64,000 bases of DNA, taken from positions 641 to 64,640 of the forward strand of contig JABJKT010000055.1 of the NCBI GenBank assembly GCA_018660225.1. The letters run 5' to 3'. The first letter of the stretch is position 1; each line of letters starts with the position of its first letter. Source of the DNA: Kordiimonadaceae bacterium (GTDB taxonomy: Bacteria > Pseudomonadota > Alphaproteobacteria > Sphingomonadales > Emcibacteraceae). Under the pieces are notes generated by a model. It did not search any database and had not been told where the DNA came from. It saw only the letters and a list, made by a program, of their open reading frames with translations. Positions 43,742 through 51,674 of this stretch are shown here, one piece after another. Position numbers and translations under genes: made by a program.

Positions 43742-43766
43742 ATGTTGTATAAATGTGACATATAAT
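43737..43766 (+). promoter_or_regulatory. candidate sigma70-type promoter (TTAACA-18 nt-TATAAT) with no downstream ORF
   Basis: -35 TTAACA at 43737-43742, 18-nt spacer, perfect -10 TATAAT at 43761-43766. Confidence 0.35.
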
Positions 43767-43781
43767 TAATCAATTGTTAAC
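43766..43781 (+). promoter_or_regulatory. perfect TTAA-N7-TTAAC (CtrA-box consensus), copy 2
   Basis: TTAAtcaattgTTAAC read directly, 40 bp from copy 1. Abuts/overlaps the TATAAT hexamer. Confidence 0.45.
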
Positions 43782-44325
43782 TAGTTGCAAAAATATCACA
43801 ATTTTAAATATTTATTATATTTCAATAGTTTATATTGATAGATTAAACTATTACATAAAATATTTAACAGTAAACGGCATTGTAGGGCGTTTCAGCCAAT
43901 TATCTCTGATATTGTCCATGAGGGTGTTTATATGATCGCTACCTAGGTTTTTGTGAATAGTCGTTAAGTTATTACCCTCAGTAAATTGGGGCTGGTATTT
44001 TTGCAACATTAAATCCGTCTATTTAGCTTATATATCCTTACTAGTAAGCACTGCAGCTCGTCATTGCTTGAAATAATATTTTCAATTTCCAAGTAAGTGA
44101 TTTGAGAAGCGTTGTTTGGTAACGGAAGGTAAATGTTTTGAGAACGATTATCTGTGAAGAATGAATTTTTCTTAGATAATTAGGTTCTTTGGTGTCTATT
44201 GGAAAATCAAAGTATCTTTTAAACTATGAAGGAGTTTTTTAGATAAAACAATCAGCTTAATATTGACTATTTTATGTTTAAATCATCCGATGGTAATTTA
44301 TTTAAAACTCTTTTAGGTTGTAAAA

Positions 44326-44358
44326 TAAAAGCGGCCGACTTTTATAAATCGGCCGCTT
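44326..44358 (-). terminator. rho-independent terminator of the BNR/sortilin-like gene
   Basis: Minus strand reads GCGGCCGA-tttataaaag-TCGGCCGC followed by TTTTATTTTA. The hairpin (44331-44356) begins 42 nt after the stop at 44399. Confidence 0.75.
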
Positions 44359-44398
44359 CTGTATATTTGGTTTCGTGCGCTGTCAGGCAGCGATTGAG

Positions 44399-47300
44399 CT
44401 ACGGCGAAACAACATATCTTAGGTTATTTTCTTTCGCCCAACTCTCAATTGGCTCAATAAGGCTGGAATTTATCGCGCTCAGTTCCGCTTTACGGTCAGT
44501 CCACTGCACTTTTAGGTCTGCCAGGCGCTGTAGCGCCCCATTTGCCACCGGCGCGCCGGCACTATCCATCACATCAACCACATGTTTCACTTGAACTTCA
44601 AGCATGCTCGGCCATGCATCCTCATCTTCTAGGACTTGGAAATAAACTTGCGTGATTTGTTTTTCCCATTCGCCGATCTGATCAATAGCAGGGATAGCAC
44701 TGGCCATAAGCTGTTCATTATCACCATGATCAACCATTAATGATTTGATCTGGCTGCGTGCTGTTCTGGTATTGTCGAGGGTAGCAAGTATTTCATTGAG
44801 AAGCGATGTGCCTTCAACAACTTTACCTTCAAGAATGTTATATTCAGCAGCTGTTGCGCTATCACGGGGATCAGGAAGAAGCGAGAAAGGTACCGTTTCT
44901 TCGCTTTCACCTATGGAAATGCGGGCTTGATAATCACCCGGCATAACTTTGGCACCATTCCAGCCGGAGAATAAAAATACATCATCAATACACATGATGC
45001 CTTCGCGGCGCATATCCCAAGTCCAGAGGTTCATACCTTTTTTCTTGGCAGGATATGTTAATTTACGTTTTTGGCGTGGTGACATGTTGCCGATCACGCA
45101 GCGGTCATGGTCACCTTCTTCGCTTGAATAATGGCGTACGATATTGCCGATGTTATCAAGAATATCAATGGAAAGCGGGGCGTCATTTTCTTCTGCGATA
45201 TGATAGGAAAGCAAGACACCATTTGGCGGGTTTGCTCCTTCGTTTTTACCAGGTCCACGTCGGCCGGTGATCATCATGGTCGGGCTTGGGCTTATGGCGT
45301 GAAGTGGCTTATCTGCCTGATCATTTGAAATCTGGCTAAAGACCGCAATATCATCCAAGACATAAAAACCACGGCCCTGCGTTGCCACAACCAGGTCACC
45401 CTGACGGATCGTTAGGTCAGTGATCGGAACCGGCGGCAGGTTAAGCTTAAGGCTTTGCCAGTTTTCACCATCATCAAAGGAAATATACAAGCTGGATTCC
45501 GTCCCTGCGTAGAGAAGGCCTTGTTTTTCTTCATCTTCACGAACAACGCGGACGAAGTTATCTTGCGGCAGGTCACCATCAAGCCGTGACCAGCTATCAC
45601 CGTAGTTAGTTGTTTTATAGATATATGGCTTTATGTCGTTCATTTTATAAGCGGAAACAACAACATAGGCTGTAGCAGGATCATGAGGGCTTACCTCAAT
45701 AGCGTTGATCATACCTTCCGGGGCACCGCGCGGTGTGGCATTTGTCCAGGAGCCACCGTTATCACGTGTTACATATACAAGTCCATCATCACTTCCGGAC
45801 CAGATCACCCCTTTTTCATGGGGGCTTTCAACAATGGTATAGACGTTGCCGTAAAATTCGGCGCCTACATTTTCAGCCGTTAGCGGTCCACCGTTTAGAC
45901 GCTGCTTTTCTTTTTCATTGCGGGTAAGGTCCGGGCTAATTTCTTCCCAAGTTACCCCGCGGTCAGCACTACGAAGAATATACTGAGAGCCATAATATAT
46001 AATGCTCGGATCATGCGGTGATGAGGACACCGGCGCGTTCCAGTTGGCCCTGTATTTAAGATCTTCTGCGTTCATTCCGAAGACATATTGCGGGTATGGC
46101 TTAATGGGGCGCGTGCGTCTGTTTTCGGTGTCAATCTCTGTTAGTGTGCCGTTGATGGTTGTTGCATAAACCAGTTTAGGGTTATTTTCATCAAAGGCAA
46201 TATGAGCACTTTCGCCGCCACCAACAGAATAATAATCATCAACACCAATGCCGCGTGTGAAGGATTCTGATGTAATCGCAACCGTCGAATTATCCTGCTG
46301 TCCGCCGTAAATGCGGTATGGCATCATGTTATCGGTGTTGACACGGTAGAACTGTGCCGTTGGCTGGTTCATGATACTTGACCATGTTTTACCGCCGTCG
46401 AAGGTAATTTCCGCCCCGCCGTCATCGGCTAGGGCCATGTTAAGGCTATTATCGGGATTGATCCATAGATCATGGGTGTCGCCGTGCCCTACTTTAAGAA
46501 TTTCGTATGATTTGCCGCCGTCTATTGATTTCATGAAAGGAACATTCATAACATAAATAGTATTGTCATCGTTAGGATCGGCTTTAAGGTGATTATAATA
46601 CCATGCCCTTGTATGGGTTAGACGGTTTGAATTGATGTTAGTCCATGTTTTACCAGCATCTTCAGTGCGGTAAACGCCGCCATCGTCAGAATACATATCG
46701 CCTTCAACGACCGCGTAAATTCGGTTCGGGTTGGACGCTGAAACATCAAGCCCCACTTTACCGATCATTGTCGGCAGGCCACCTTCCAGTTTATTCCAAG
46801 TATCACCGCCATCAGCGGTTTTGTATATGCCGCCTTTGTCACCTCCGGATAGAATATACCATGGTGTGCGGCCATTTTCCCAAAGCGATGCATAAAGAAT
46901 GCGCGGGTTTGTCGGGTCCATGGCAAGGTCACCACCACCAGCGCGGTCAGATACTTTTAAAACATGTTGCCATGTTTGCCCGCCGTCTTGAGTGCGGTAA
47001 ATGCCGCGCTCTTCGGTTGGGCCCCAAATGTTACCCTGCACGGCTGCGTAGGCAATATCGGGATTGGTTGGATGAATTCTGATTTTGGGGATTTGACCCG
47101 CTGTTTTAAGACCAACATGTTGCCAGTTCTTCCCGGCATCGGTTGATTTATAAATGCCGTCACCGCTAGCCGTGGTCACGCCGCGGATTGGCCCTTCACC
47201 TGTACCTGCATAAAGGACGTTGGAGTCGGATTCTGATACGGCTATTGCGCCAATAGTACCGACGCCGAAATCCTTATCGGAAACATTTTCCCATGTTGTG

Positions 47301-47551
47301 CCAGCATTTGTGGTTTTCCATACACCGCCGCCTGCTGCGCCCATGTAATAAGTAAGCGGATCGTCTTTAACGCCGGTTACGGTGACCGCACGGCCCCCGC
47401 GCCACGGCCCGATTAGACGGTATTTCTTACCTTCAAATAGTGACGGATTAACGGTATCGGTAGCGCTTGCCACTGTGATAAATGATGTGTTTGGAAATGC
47501 TGCACCAAGCATTAAAATGGCGGCAATTTTAATTAAACGCAGTAAAGACAT
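44399..47551 (-). CDS. secreted BNR/Asp-box repeat, sortilin (VPS10)-like double beta-propeller protein (GH74-like 'glycosyl hydrolase')
   Basis: Sec signal (FITVASATD). Many SxDxGxTW Asp-box repeats (TNAGTTWENV, STDAGKNWQHV, TQDGGQTWQHV, TADGGDTWNKL, TEDAGKTWTNI, SIDGGKSY, TFDGGKTWSSI, SADRGVTWEEI, TRDNGGSWTNA, TTNYGDSWSRL, SFDDGENWQSL). Confidence 0.8.
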   Translation of the reverse strand: MSLLRLIKIAAILMLGAAFPNTSFITVASATDTVNPSLFEGKKYRLIGPWRGGRAVTVTGVKDDPLTYYMGAAGGGVWKTTNAGTTWENVSDKDFGVGTIGAIAVSESDSNVLYAGTGEGPIRGVTTASGDGIYKSTDAGKNWQHVGLKTAGQIPKIRIHPTNPDIAYAAVQGNIWGPTEERGIYRTQDGGQTWQHVLKVSDRAGGGDLAMDPTNPRILYASLWENGRTPWYILSGGDKGGIYKTADGGDTWNKLEGGLPTMIGKVGLDVSASNPNRIYAVVEGDMYSDDGGVYRTEDAGKTWTNINSNRLTHTRAWYYNHLKADPNDDNTIYVMNVPFMKSIDGGKSYEILKVGHGDTHDLWINPDNSLNMALADDGGAEITFDGGKTWSSIMNQPTAQFYRVNTDNMMPYRIYGGQQDNSTVAITSESFTRGIGVDDYYSVGGGESAHIAFDENNPKLVYATTINGTLTEIDTENRRTRPIKPYPQYVFGMNAEDLKYRANWNAPVSSSPHDPSIIYYGSQYILRSADRGVTWEEISPDLTRNEKEKQRLNGGPLTAENVGAEFYGNVYTIVESPHEKGVIWSGSDDGLVYVTRDNGGSWTNATPRGAPEGMINAIEVSPHDPATAYVVVSAYKMNDIKPYIYKTTNYGDSWSRLDGDLPQDNFVRVVREDEEKQGLLYAGTESSLYISFDDGENWQSLKLNLPPVPITDLTIRQGDLVVATQGRGFYVLDDIAVFSQISNDQADKPLHAISPSPTMMITGRRGPGKNEGANPPNGVLLSYHIAEENDAPLSIDILDNIGNIVRHYSSEEGDHDRCVIGNMSPRQKRKLTYPAKKKGMNLWTWDMRREGIMCIDDVFLFSGWNGAKVMPGDYQARISIGESEETVPFSLLPDPRDSATAAEYNILEGKVVEGTSLLNEILATLDNTRTARSQIKSLMVDHGDNEQLMASAIPAIDQIGEWEKQITQVYFQVLEDEDAWPSMLEVQVKHVVDVMDSAGAPVANGALQRLADLKVQWTDRKAELSAINSSLIEPIESWAKENNLRYVVSP

Positions 47552-47667
47552 ATTTCGTCCCCTTTGGTTAGGTTATTTTGTAATGGTTTGTTATTTTAAG
47601 CGAATAGGTTGCCCCAAAAAGATGGCTTTGTATAGGGCTTTTTATGTCGTGCCGCTGTTTTTTTCCG

Positions 47668-49170
47668 CTATTTAAATGTATCAACACCGATTATTTTCAT
47701 AACTGATTTTATCACTATGAGTTGCATTATTATCATTGCAAAAATAATATAAGGCGACTGGTAAAATGCCATTACTAAAAAAGTCATGAATGTCATGCTG
47801 CCCGGAATTATTGCATAAGAAAACTGTGTGGTAACATGGTCAATATGCGGGCAGTCTGCCCCCATTGACGCTAGTAGCGTCGTATCTGAAATTGGGGACG
47901 TATGATCACCGAAAAGACCACCACACAGAACCGCCGCTATTGTAAGTTCAAGCGGGGCATTCAGCGCATAAGCAAGCGGCACAACGATCACAAGTAAAAT
48001 GGCAAAAGTACCGTAAGACGAGCCGGTAGCGAATGACATTATTGCACCAAGCGAGAAGACAATAAGCGGAATTAAACTTGGAGAAATGCTGTCGCCAATG
48101 ACCGAAGCAATATAATATCCCGTTTTTAAATCTTTACATATAGAACTAAGTGACCATGCCAGTACCATGAGCAGGCATAAAAAAACCAAATTCTGCATTC
48201 CTTTAACATATTCGCTGAAGCTTTCATCATAGGAAATTTTCTTTTGTTTTTTCATCATATAACCGCAGGCGATTGAAGCAAAAATGTAAGCGGTCAGTAT
48301 ACCACCGCGCATGTGGATGCTTTTTACACCTTCTGTTGAAACAAAATAACCCATGTAAATTGCCATGGTTGACAGGAGAATACCAAGCGGTAACAAGAAG
48401 GTTGCTAAGGTTGAATTATCATCACTGGATTTTATCGAAACCTGTTCTTGGCTTAAGTCCTTTTGATTTTTGTTGATTTCCTCATTATATTTGATTTGCG
48501 CTCTTGCCATGGGGCCATAATCTCTTCCCGTCGACAGAAACATCGGAATGGATAAAAGCGCGAGAAAAGCATAAAACTGGTAAGGCCAGACGCTAAGCAG
48601 TACCTGAAAGGGGTCGGCCTCAATACCCACATCGCCATATGTGTTTTCAATCAGGGTCATGATATAAATTCCCCAACTGATAAAAGGAACCAGAATACTG
48701 ACCGGTGATGCGGTGGTATCAAGAATATAGGCCAGCTTTTCACGGCAGACATTAAGCTGGCGAAAAACCGGCTTAAACAGAGGCCCAACAATAAGGGCGT
48801 TACCTGAATCCGTAAAAAAGATACCGATGCCTGCCATCCATGCTGCAAATTGAGCACGGGTGGCATTTGATACGAATTTGGTTGTGGCAAGTGAAAAGGC
48901 ACTGGCACCACCTGATTTGTCGAGCAAATGAATGAAGCCGCCAATGGCAAACATAATGACAATAATCTGGGCGTTTGAACCACTAGTGATCTGGATGAAG
49001 ATATGCTCTTCAACAAGTTCGGCAATCGCAAAAAACGGATTGAAATTGCTGAGAATTAATGTCCCGCTAAAGGCGCCCATTATAATTGAAAGCATGATGT
49101 TTCTTGTCATAATAGCGAGAAAGATGCTTAGGGCAGGCGGGATTACCGATAGAATGCCATATTCACTCAT
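47668..49170 (-). CDS. NhaC-family Na+/H+ antiporter-type transporter
   Basis: About 12 TM helices. The N-terminus GILSVIPPALSIFLAIMTRN is typical of the NhaC family. Its start overlaps the dadA-like stop by 8 nt. Confidence 0.85.
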   Translation of the reverse strand: MSEYGILSVIPPALSIFLAIMTRNIMLSIIMGAFSGTLILSNFNPFFAIAELVEEHIFIQITSGSNAQIIVIMFAIGGFIHLLDKSGGASAFSLATTKFVSNATRAQFAAWMAGIGIFFTDSGNALIVGPLFKPVFRQLNVCREKLAYILDTTASPVSILVPFISWGIYIMTLIENTYGDVGIEADPFQVLLSVWPYQFYAFLALLSIPMFLSTGRDYGPMARAQIKYNEEINKNQKDLSQEQVSIKSSDDNSTLATFLLPLGILLSTMAIYMGYFVSTEGVKSIHMRGGILTAYIFASIACGYMMKKQKKISYDESFSEYVKGMQNLVFLCLLMVLAWSLSSICKDLKTGYYIASVIGDSISPSLIPLIVFSLGAIMSFATGSSYGTFAILLVIVVPLAYALNAPLELTIAAVLCGGLFGDHTSPISDTTLLASMGADCPHIDHVTTQFSYAIIPGSMTFMTFLVMAFYQSPYIIFAMIIMQLIVIKSVMKIIGVDTFK

Positions 49171-50383
49171 TTATTTTTTCCAATAGTTCTTCTGCAGAAC
49201 CTAAAGCTAATATCCAACCGGATGAGCCATGACCTGCATTAATATATAAGTTCTCAAAGCCGGCCTTGCCAATCATCGGCAGATCATCGGGGGTTTGCGG
49301 CCTAAGCCCGGTCCAGGCTACAGGATCCTCATCATAATTGGCGGCTTCAGGCATTAGAGCTTTTGCTTTCTTTGCAAGAAGGGATACATGCTTCGGATTA
49401 ATCGCCAGATTATCAGAAAAAATGGCATATCCTGCAACACGTATTTGATCGCCAAGTCTAGCGACGACAAATTTTCCAGCCGTGTCGGTCGCGCTTAAAT
49501 TTGGCGGGCAGTTACCAATGGGGTAGGTGAGGCTGATGCCTTTAACGCCGATGATGGGTTTTTTGCCAGCAAAACTGTCTGGTAATAATTTTAGGCCGTT
49601 AACGCCGGTGCACATTATAAAAATATCCCCGTCAATCATGCCTTTTGACGTTTTTAGCGCAGCTATTTGGTTTTTCTCACGAATGATCGCTTCAACTTTT
49701 ACATCATAATGAATTTTTGCCTTGAACTTATTTGTCAGTACCCCGGCTAATTTTTGGCAAAATAAATTACAGTCACCAATTTCCGCGTCAGCCAAGTAAG
49801 TACCGCCAGCAATCTTTCTTGTGCTTTCCTTAAGGGCGGGTTCAAGTTCTAAACATTCATTTCTTCCGATGACTTGATGGTTGCCGCCATGATTTCGTTG
49901 AAACTCTGCTGTTTTTTCTGCGGCGATTAAATCGGCTTCAGTTTCATGAATGATAATTTTTCCCTCACCGCGCCAGTTAAAATCAATATCATGTTGCTCT
50001 TTTAAGGTATGGAGTGCTTCTCTAGTGCGGTTGGCCATTTTTATGAGCTTTAGAGAATTATTTTGCCACTGCTGCGGCGAACATTGACCAATGAATGATG
50101 CGGCCCACGGCCAGTTTTTTGGGTGGCAAAGCGCGGCGGCGATAACACCGTGCCTTGAAGGATGCAGCAGTGTTTTTGGCAGATTTTTAAGAAAGCTCGG
50201 CGAGCCCATAGCACCAAAGTTATAAATAAGCTGTCCTGCGTTAGCATGACTTGTGCCTAAAGCCGGCTCGCTTTCTTGCTCGACGAGCGTAACATCATAC
50301 CCTTCGCAGGCCAGTCGATAAGCACTACTAAGACCAACAATGCCAGCGCCGATAATAACAGCGTTTTTATTCCGTGAGTTCAT
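49163..50383 (-). CDS. dadA: FAD-dependent D-amino-acid dehydrogenase-like oxidoreductase
   Basis: VIIGAGIVGLSSAYRLACEGYDVTLVEQ Rossmann motif, TSHANAGQL, C-terminal NAGHGSSGW, as in DadA/DAO-family enzymes. Confidence 0.75.
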   Translation of the reverse strand: MNSRNKNAVIIGAGIVGLSSAYRLACEGYDVTLVEQESEPALGTSHANAGQLIYNFGAMGSPSFLKNLPKTLLHPSRHGVIAAALCHPKNWPWAASFIGQCSPQQWQNNSLKLIKMANRTREALHTLKEQHDIDFNWRGEGKIIIHETEADLIAAEKTAEFQRNHGGNHQVIGRNECLELEPALKESTRKIAGGTYLADAEIGDCNLFCQKLAGVLTNKFKAKIHYDVKVEAIIREKNQIAALKTSKGMIDGDIFIMCTGVNGLKLLPDSFAGKKPIIGVKGISLTYPIGNCPPNLSATDTAGKFVVARLGDQIRVAGYAIFSDNLAINPKHVSLLAKKAKALMPEAANYDEDPVAWTGLRPQTPDDLPMIGKAGFENLYINAGHGSSGWILALGSAEELLEKINE

Positions 50384-50476
50384 TCATTGGCTAACTTATT
50401 ATATCCAAAACATATTACAGGTTCGATGGTAGACAAACATATCAGCTTTGTAAAACGTTCAATTTTAATGACAGGC

Positions 50477-50512
50477 ATAAAAAAAGCCCCGCAGTTTCCT
50501 GAGGAGCTTTTT
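50477..50512 (-). terminator. rho-independent terminator after the molybdoenzyme operon and small ORF
   Basis: Minus strand reads AAAGCTCC-tcaggaaactgc-GGGGCTTT (8 bp with one G-U pair) followed by TTTTTTTAT. Confidence 0.65.
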
Positions 50513-50531
50513 CATATTAAGTGGGTTACCG

Positions 50532-50675
50532 TTATTTCTTGGTCACCATGCTATAAACAAGGTGGCAGATAATGAACAGGGCGGTGGCGCCTGCGAATAC
50601 GGGGATTAAGTCCCATGATATGCCTTGTAGCGTTTCTTGCCCGTACATGTCTCTGGTATAACGGAATATTTCCAT
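50532..50675 (-). CDS. unannotated 47-aa single-TM small protein (below the ORF-track cutoff)
   Basis: ATG at 50675 lies 3 nt (50676-50678) after the FAD-subunit stop, with an AGAGGA SD 6 nt upstream. Sequence: MEIFRYTRDMYGQETLQGISWDLIPVFAGATALFIICHLVYSMVTKK. Followed by the terminator. Confidence 0.5.
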   Translation of the reverse strand: MEIFRYTRDMYGQETLQGISWDLIPVFAGATALFIICHLVYSMVTKK

Positions 50676-50678
50676 GAC

Positions 50679-51662
50679 TTATCCTCTGATCGCTCTTTTA
50701 ACAAGATTTTCCATCAGTGGAATTTTGAAATGGTTATAGTTTAGTGGTGCTGCACCGCGCGCTGCGGCACCGGCAGCTAAAGTGGCCGTATCTTCGTTAC
50801 GTTCACTACCGCGAACAATGTCTTCGACAACATTAAGACGCTTAGGTACACATTCAACGGCACCGCAGGTAATGCGAATGTCTTCGATTGTGCTGCCGTT
50901 TAACTTAATAGCAGACGCAATATTAACCAGTGGGAAATCCCATGTATTACGGTCAGCGACTTTTTCAAAATAGAAGGTCGCATTAGCCCATGCTGCAGGA
51001 ATACGGATCGCCGTTAGAATATCACCGGGTTTAAGGACGGTCATATTTTCAATGTCGATATCCGGTCCAACAAAATAATCGGCAGCAGCAACAACCTGCT
51101 CACCAGATGCATTTTGAATAACCATACTGGCATCAAGTGTTACAAGCGCAACCGCCGTATCAGAAGGCGTCACTGCAACACAGCGTGAAGCAGCAAACAG
51201 GCAATGTTCCCTGTTCATACCTTCCGGTGTGTCGGCGTAACATGTGTTACCACCAGCGCGGTAACAATCGAGACCACTTCGGTAATACCAACAACGGGCG
51301 TCCTGGCTAATATTGCCGCCAAGCGTTCCCTTGTTTCTGATTTGCGGGCTGGCCACGCGACCAGCTGCCGTGGAAAGAAGGCCATATTTTTCTTTAATAA
51401 TGGCATTATTTTCAACGTCAGTCAGTGTTGTCATAGCACCGATCTCAACGCCGTCGGCAGTTTCACGGATCCCGCTTAGCGAAGCAATGCCGCTAAGATC
51501 CACAACTGTCGTCGGTCGTTTAATTCTATCCTTGAACCAGTCAAGGCTGTCTTGTCCGCCTGCCATTGCCCAACCGTTTTCTCCGGCGTCAGCAAGCATG
51601 CTTACTGCACTAGCAACATCGGTGGGTTGTAACAGATTAAAGTTTGGCATCATATCTTTCAT
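50679..51662 (-). CDS. xanthine dehydrogenase-family FAD-binding subunit (CoxM/PaoB-like)
   Basis: FAD_binding_5 pattern AGGQDSLDW..., GTLGGNISQ, and a C-terminal CO-dehydrogenase flavoprotein domain. Confidence 0.85.
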   Translation of the reverse strand: MKDMMPNFNLLQPTDVASAVSMLADAGENGWAMAGGQDSLDWFKDRIKRPTTVVDLSGIASLSGIRETADGVEIGAMTTLTDVENNAIIKEKYGLLSTAAGRVASPQIRNKGTLGGNISQDARCWYYRSGLDCYRAGGNTCYADTPEGMNREHCLFAASRCVAVTPSDTAVALVTLDASMVIQNASGEQVVAAADYFVGPDIDIENMTVLKPGDILTAIRIPAAWANATFYFEKVADRNTWDFPLVNIASAIKLNGSTIEDIRITCGAVECVPKRLNVVEDIVRGSERNEDTATLAAGAAARGAAPLNYNHFKIPLMENLVKRAIRG

Positions 51663-51674
51663 GTCTGAGCCCTC

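Larger units (their letters stand above)
43703..43823. repeat. three degenerate ~40-41-bp tandem units, each starting GTTGYAWAAATRTNAC
   Basis: gttgcataaatgttac (43703), gttgtataaatgtgac (43744), gttgcaaaaatatcac (43784). Phasing is 41 and 40 bp. Located in the AT-rich gap between convergent genes. Confidence 0.6.

Noticed and set aside
43703-43823. Possible miniature CRISPR array because of ~40-bp periodicity.
   Set aside because: Only the first 16 nt of each unit are similar and even these are degenerate. The 'spacers' share motifs with each other. There are just three units and no cas genes in the window.
43851-44009. 52-codon minus-strand ORF in the AT-rich gap (MLQKYQPQFTEGNN...).
   Set aside because: Not promoted to a feature. 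It has only a weak GGA-type SD, no convincing promoter, no recognisable motif and no hydrophobic segment. It could be a relic of a decayed gene, and it is mentioned in the finding for the region.
43691-44398. Chromosomal or plasmid-type replication origin (AT-rich, iteron-like repeats, CtrA boxes as in Caulobacter Cori).
   Set aside because: I could find no DnaA-box-like 9-mers (TTATCCACA or TGATCCACA, or their complements) in the region. No rep, dnaA, hemE or par genes are nearby. Only three degenerate repeat units are present.
44274-44594. 106-aa plus-strand ORF at the right edge of the AT-rich gap.
   Set aside because: It reads straight through the GC-rich terminator hairpin (44331-44356) and then runs antisense to the 3' end of the BNR-repeat gene. 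It has no SD and no recognisable motif.
47552-47667. Possible terminator hairpin downstream of the NhaC-family gene / upstream of the BNR gene.
   Set aside because: Only 4-bp GC stems (GCCC...GGGC) with long loops could be drawn. This is not convincing as an intrinsic terminator.
50387-50572. 61-aa plus-strand ORF between dadA and the molybdoenzyme operon.
   Set aside because: It spans the minus-strand terminator and is antisense to the better-supported 47-codon ORF, which has a strong SD and sits next to the stop of an operon gene.
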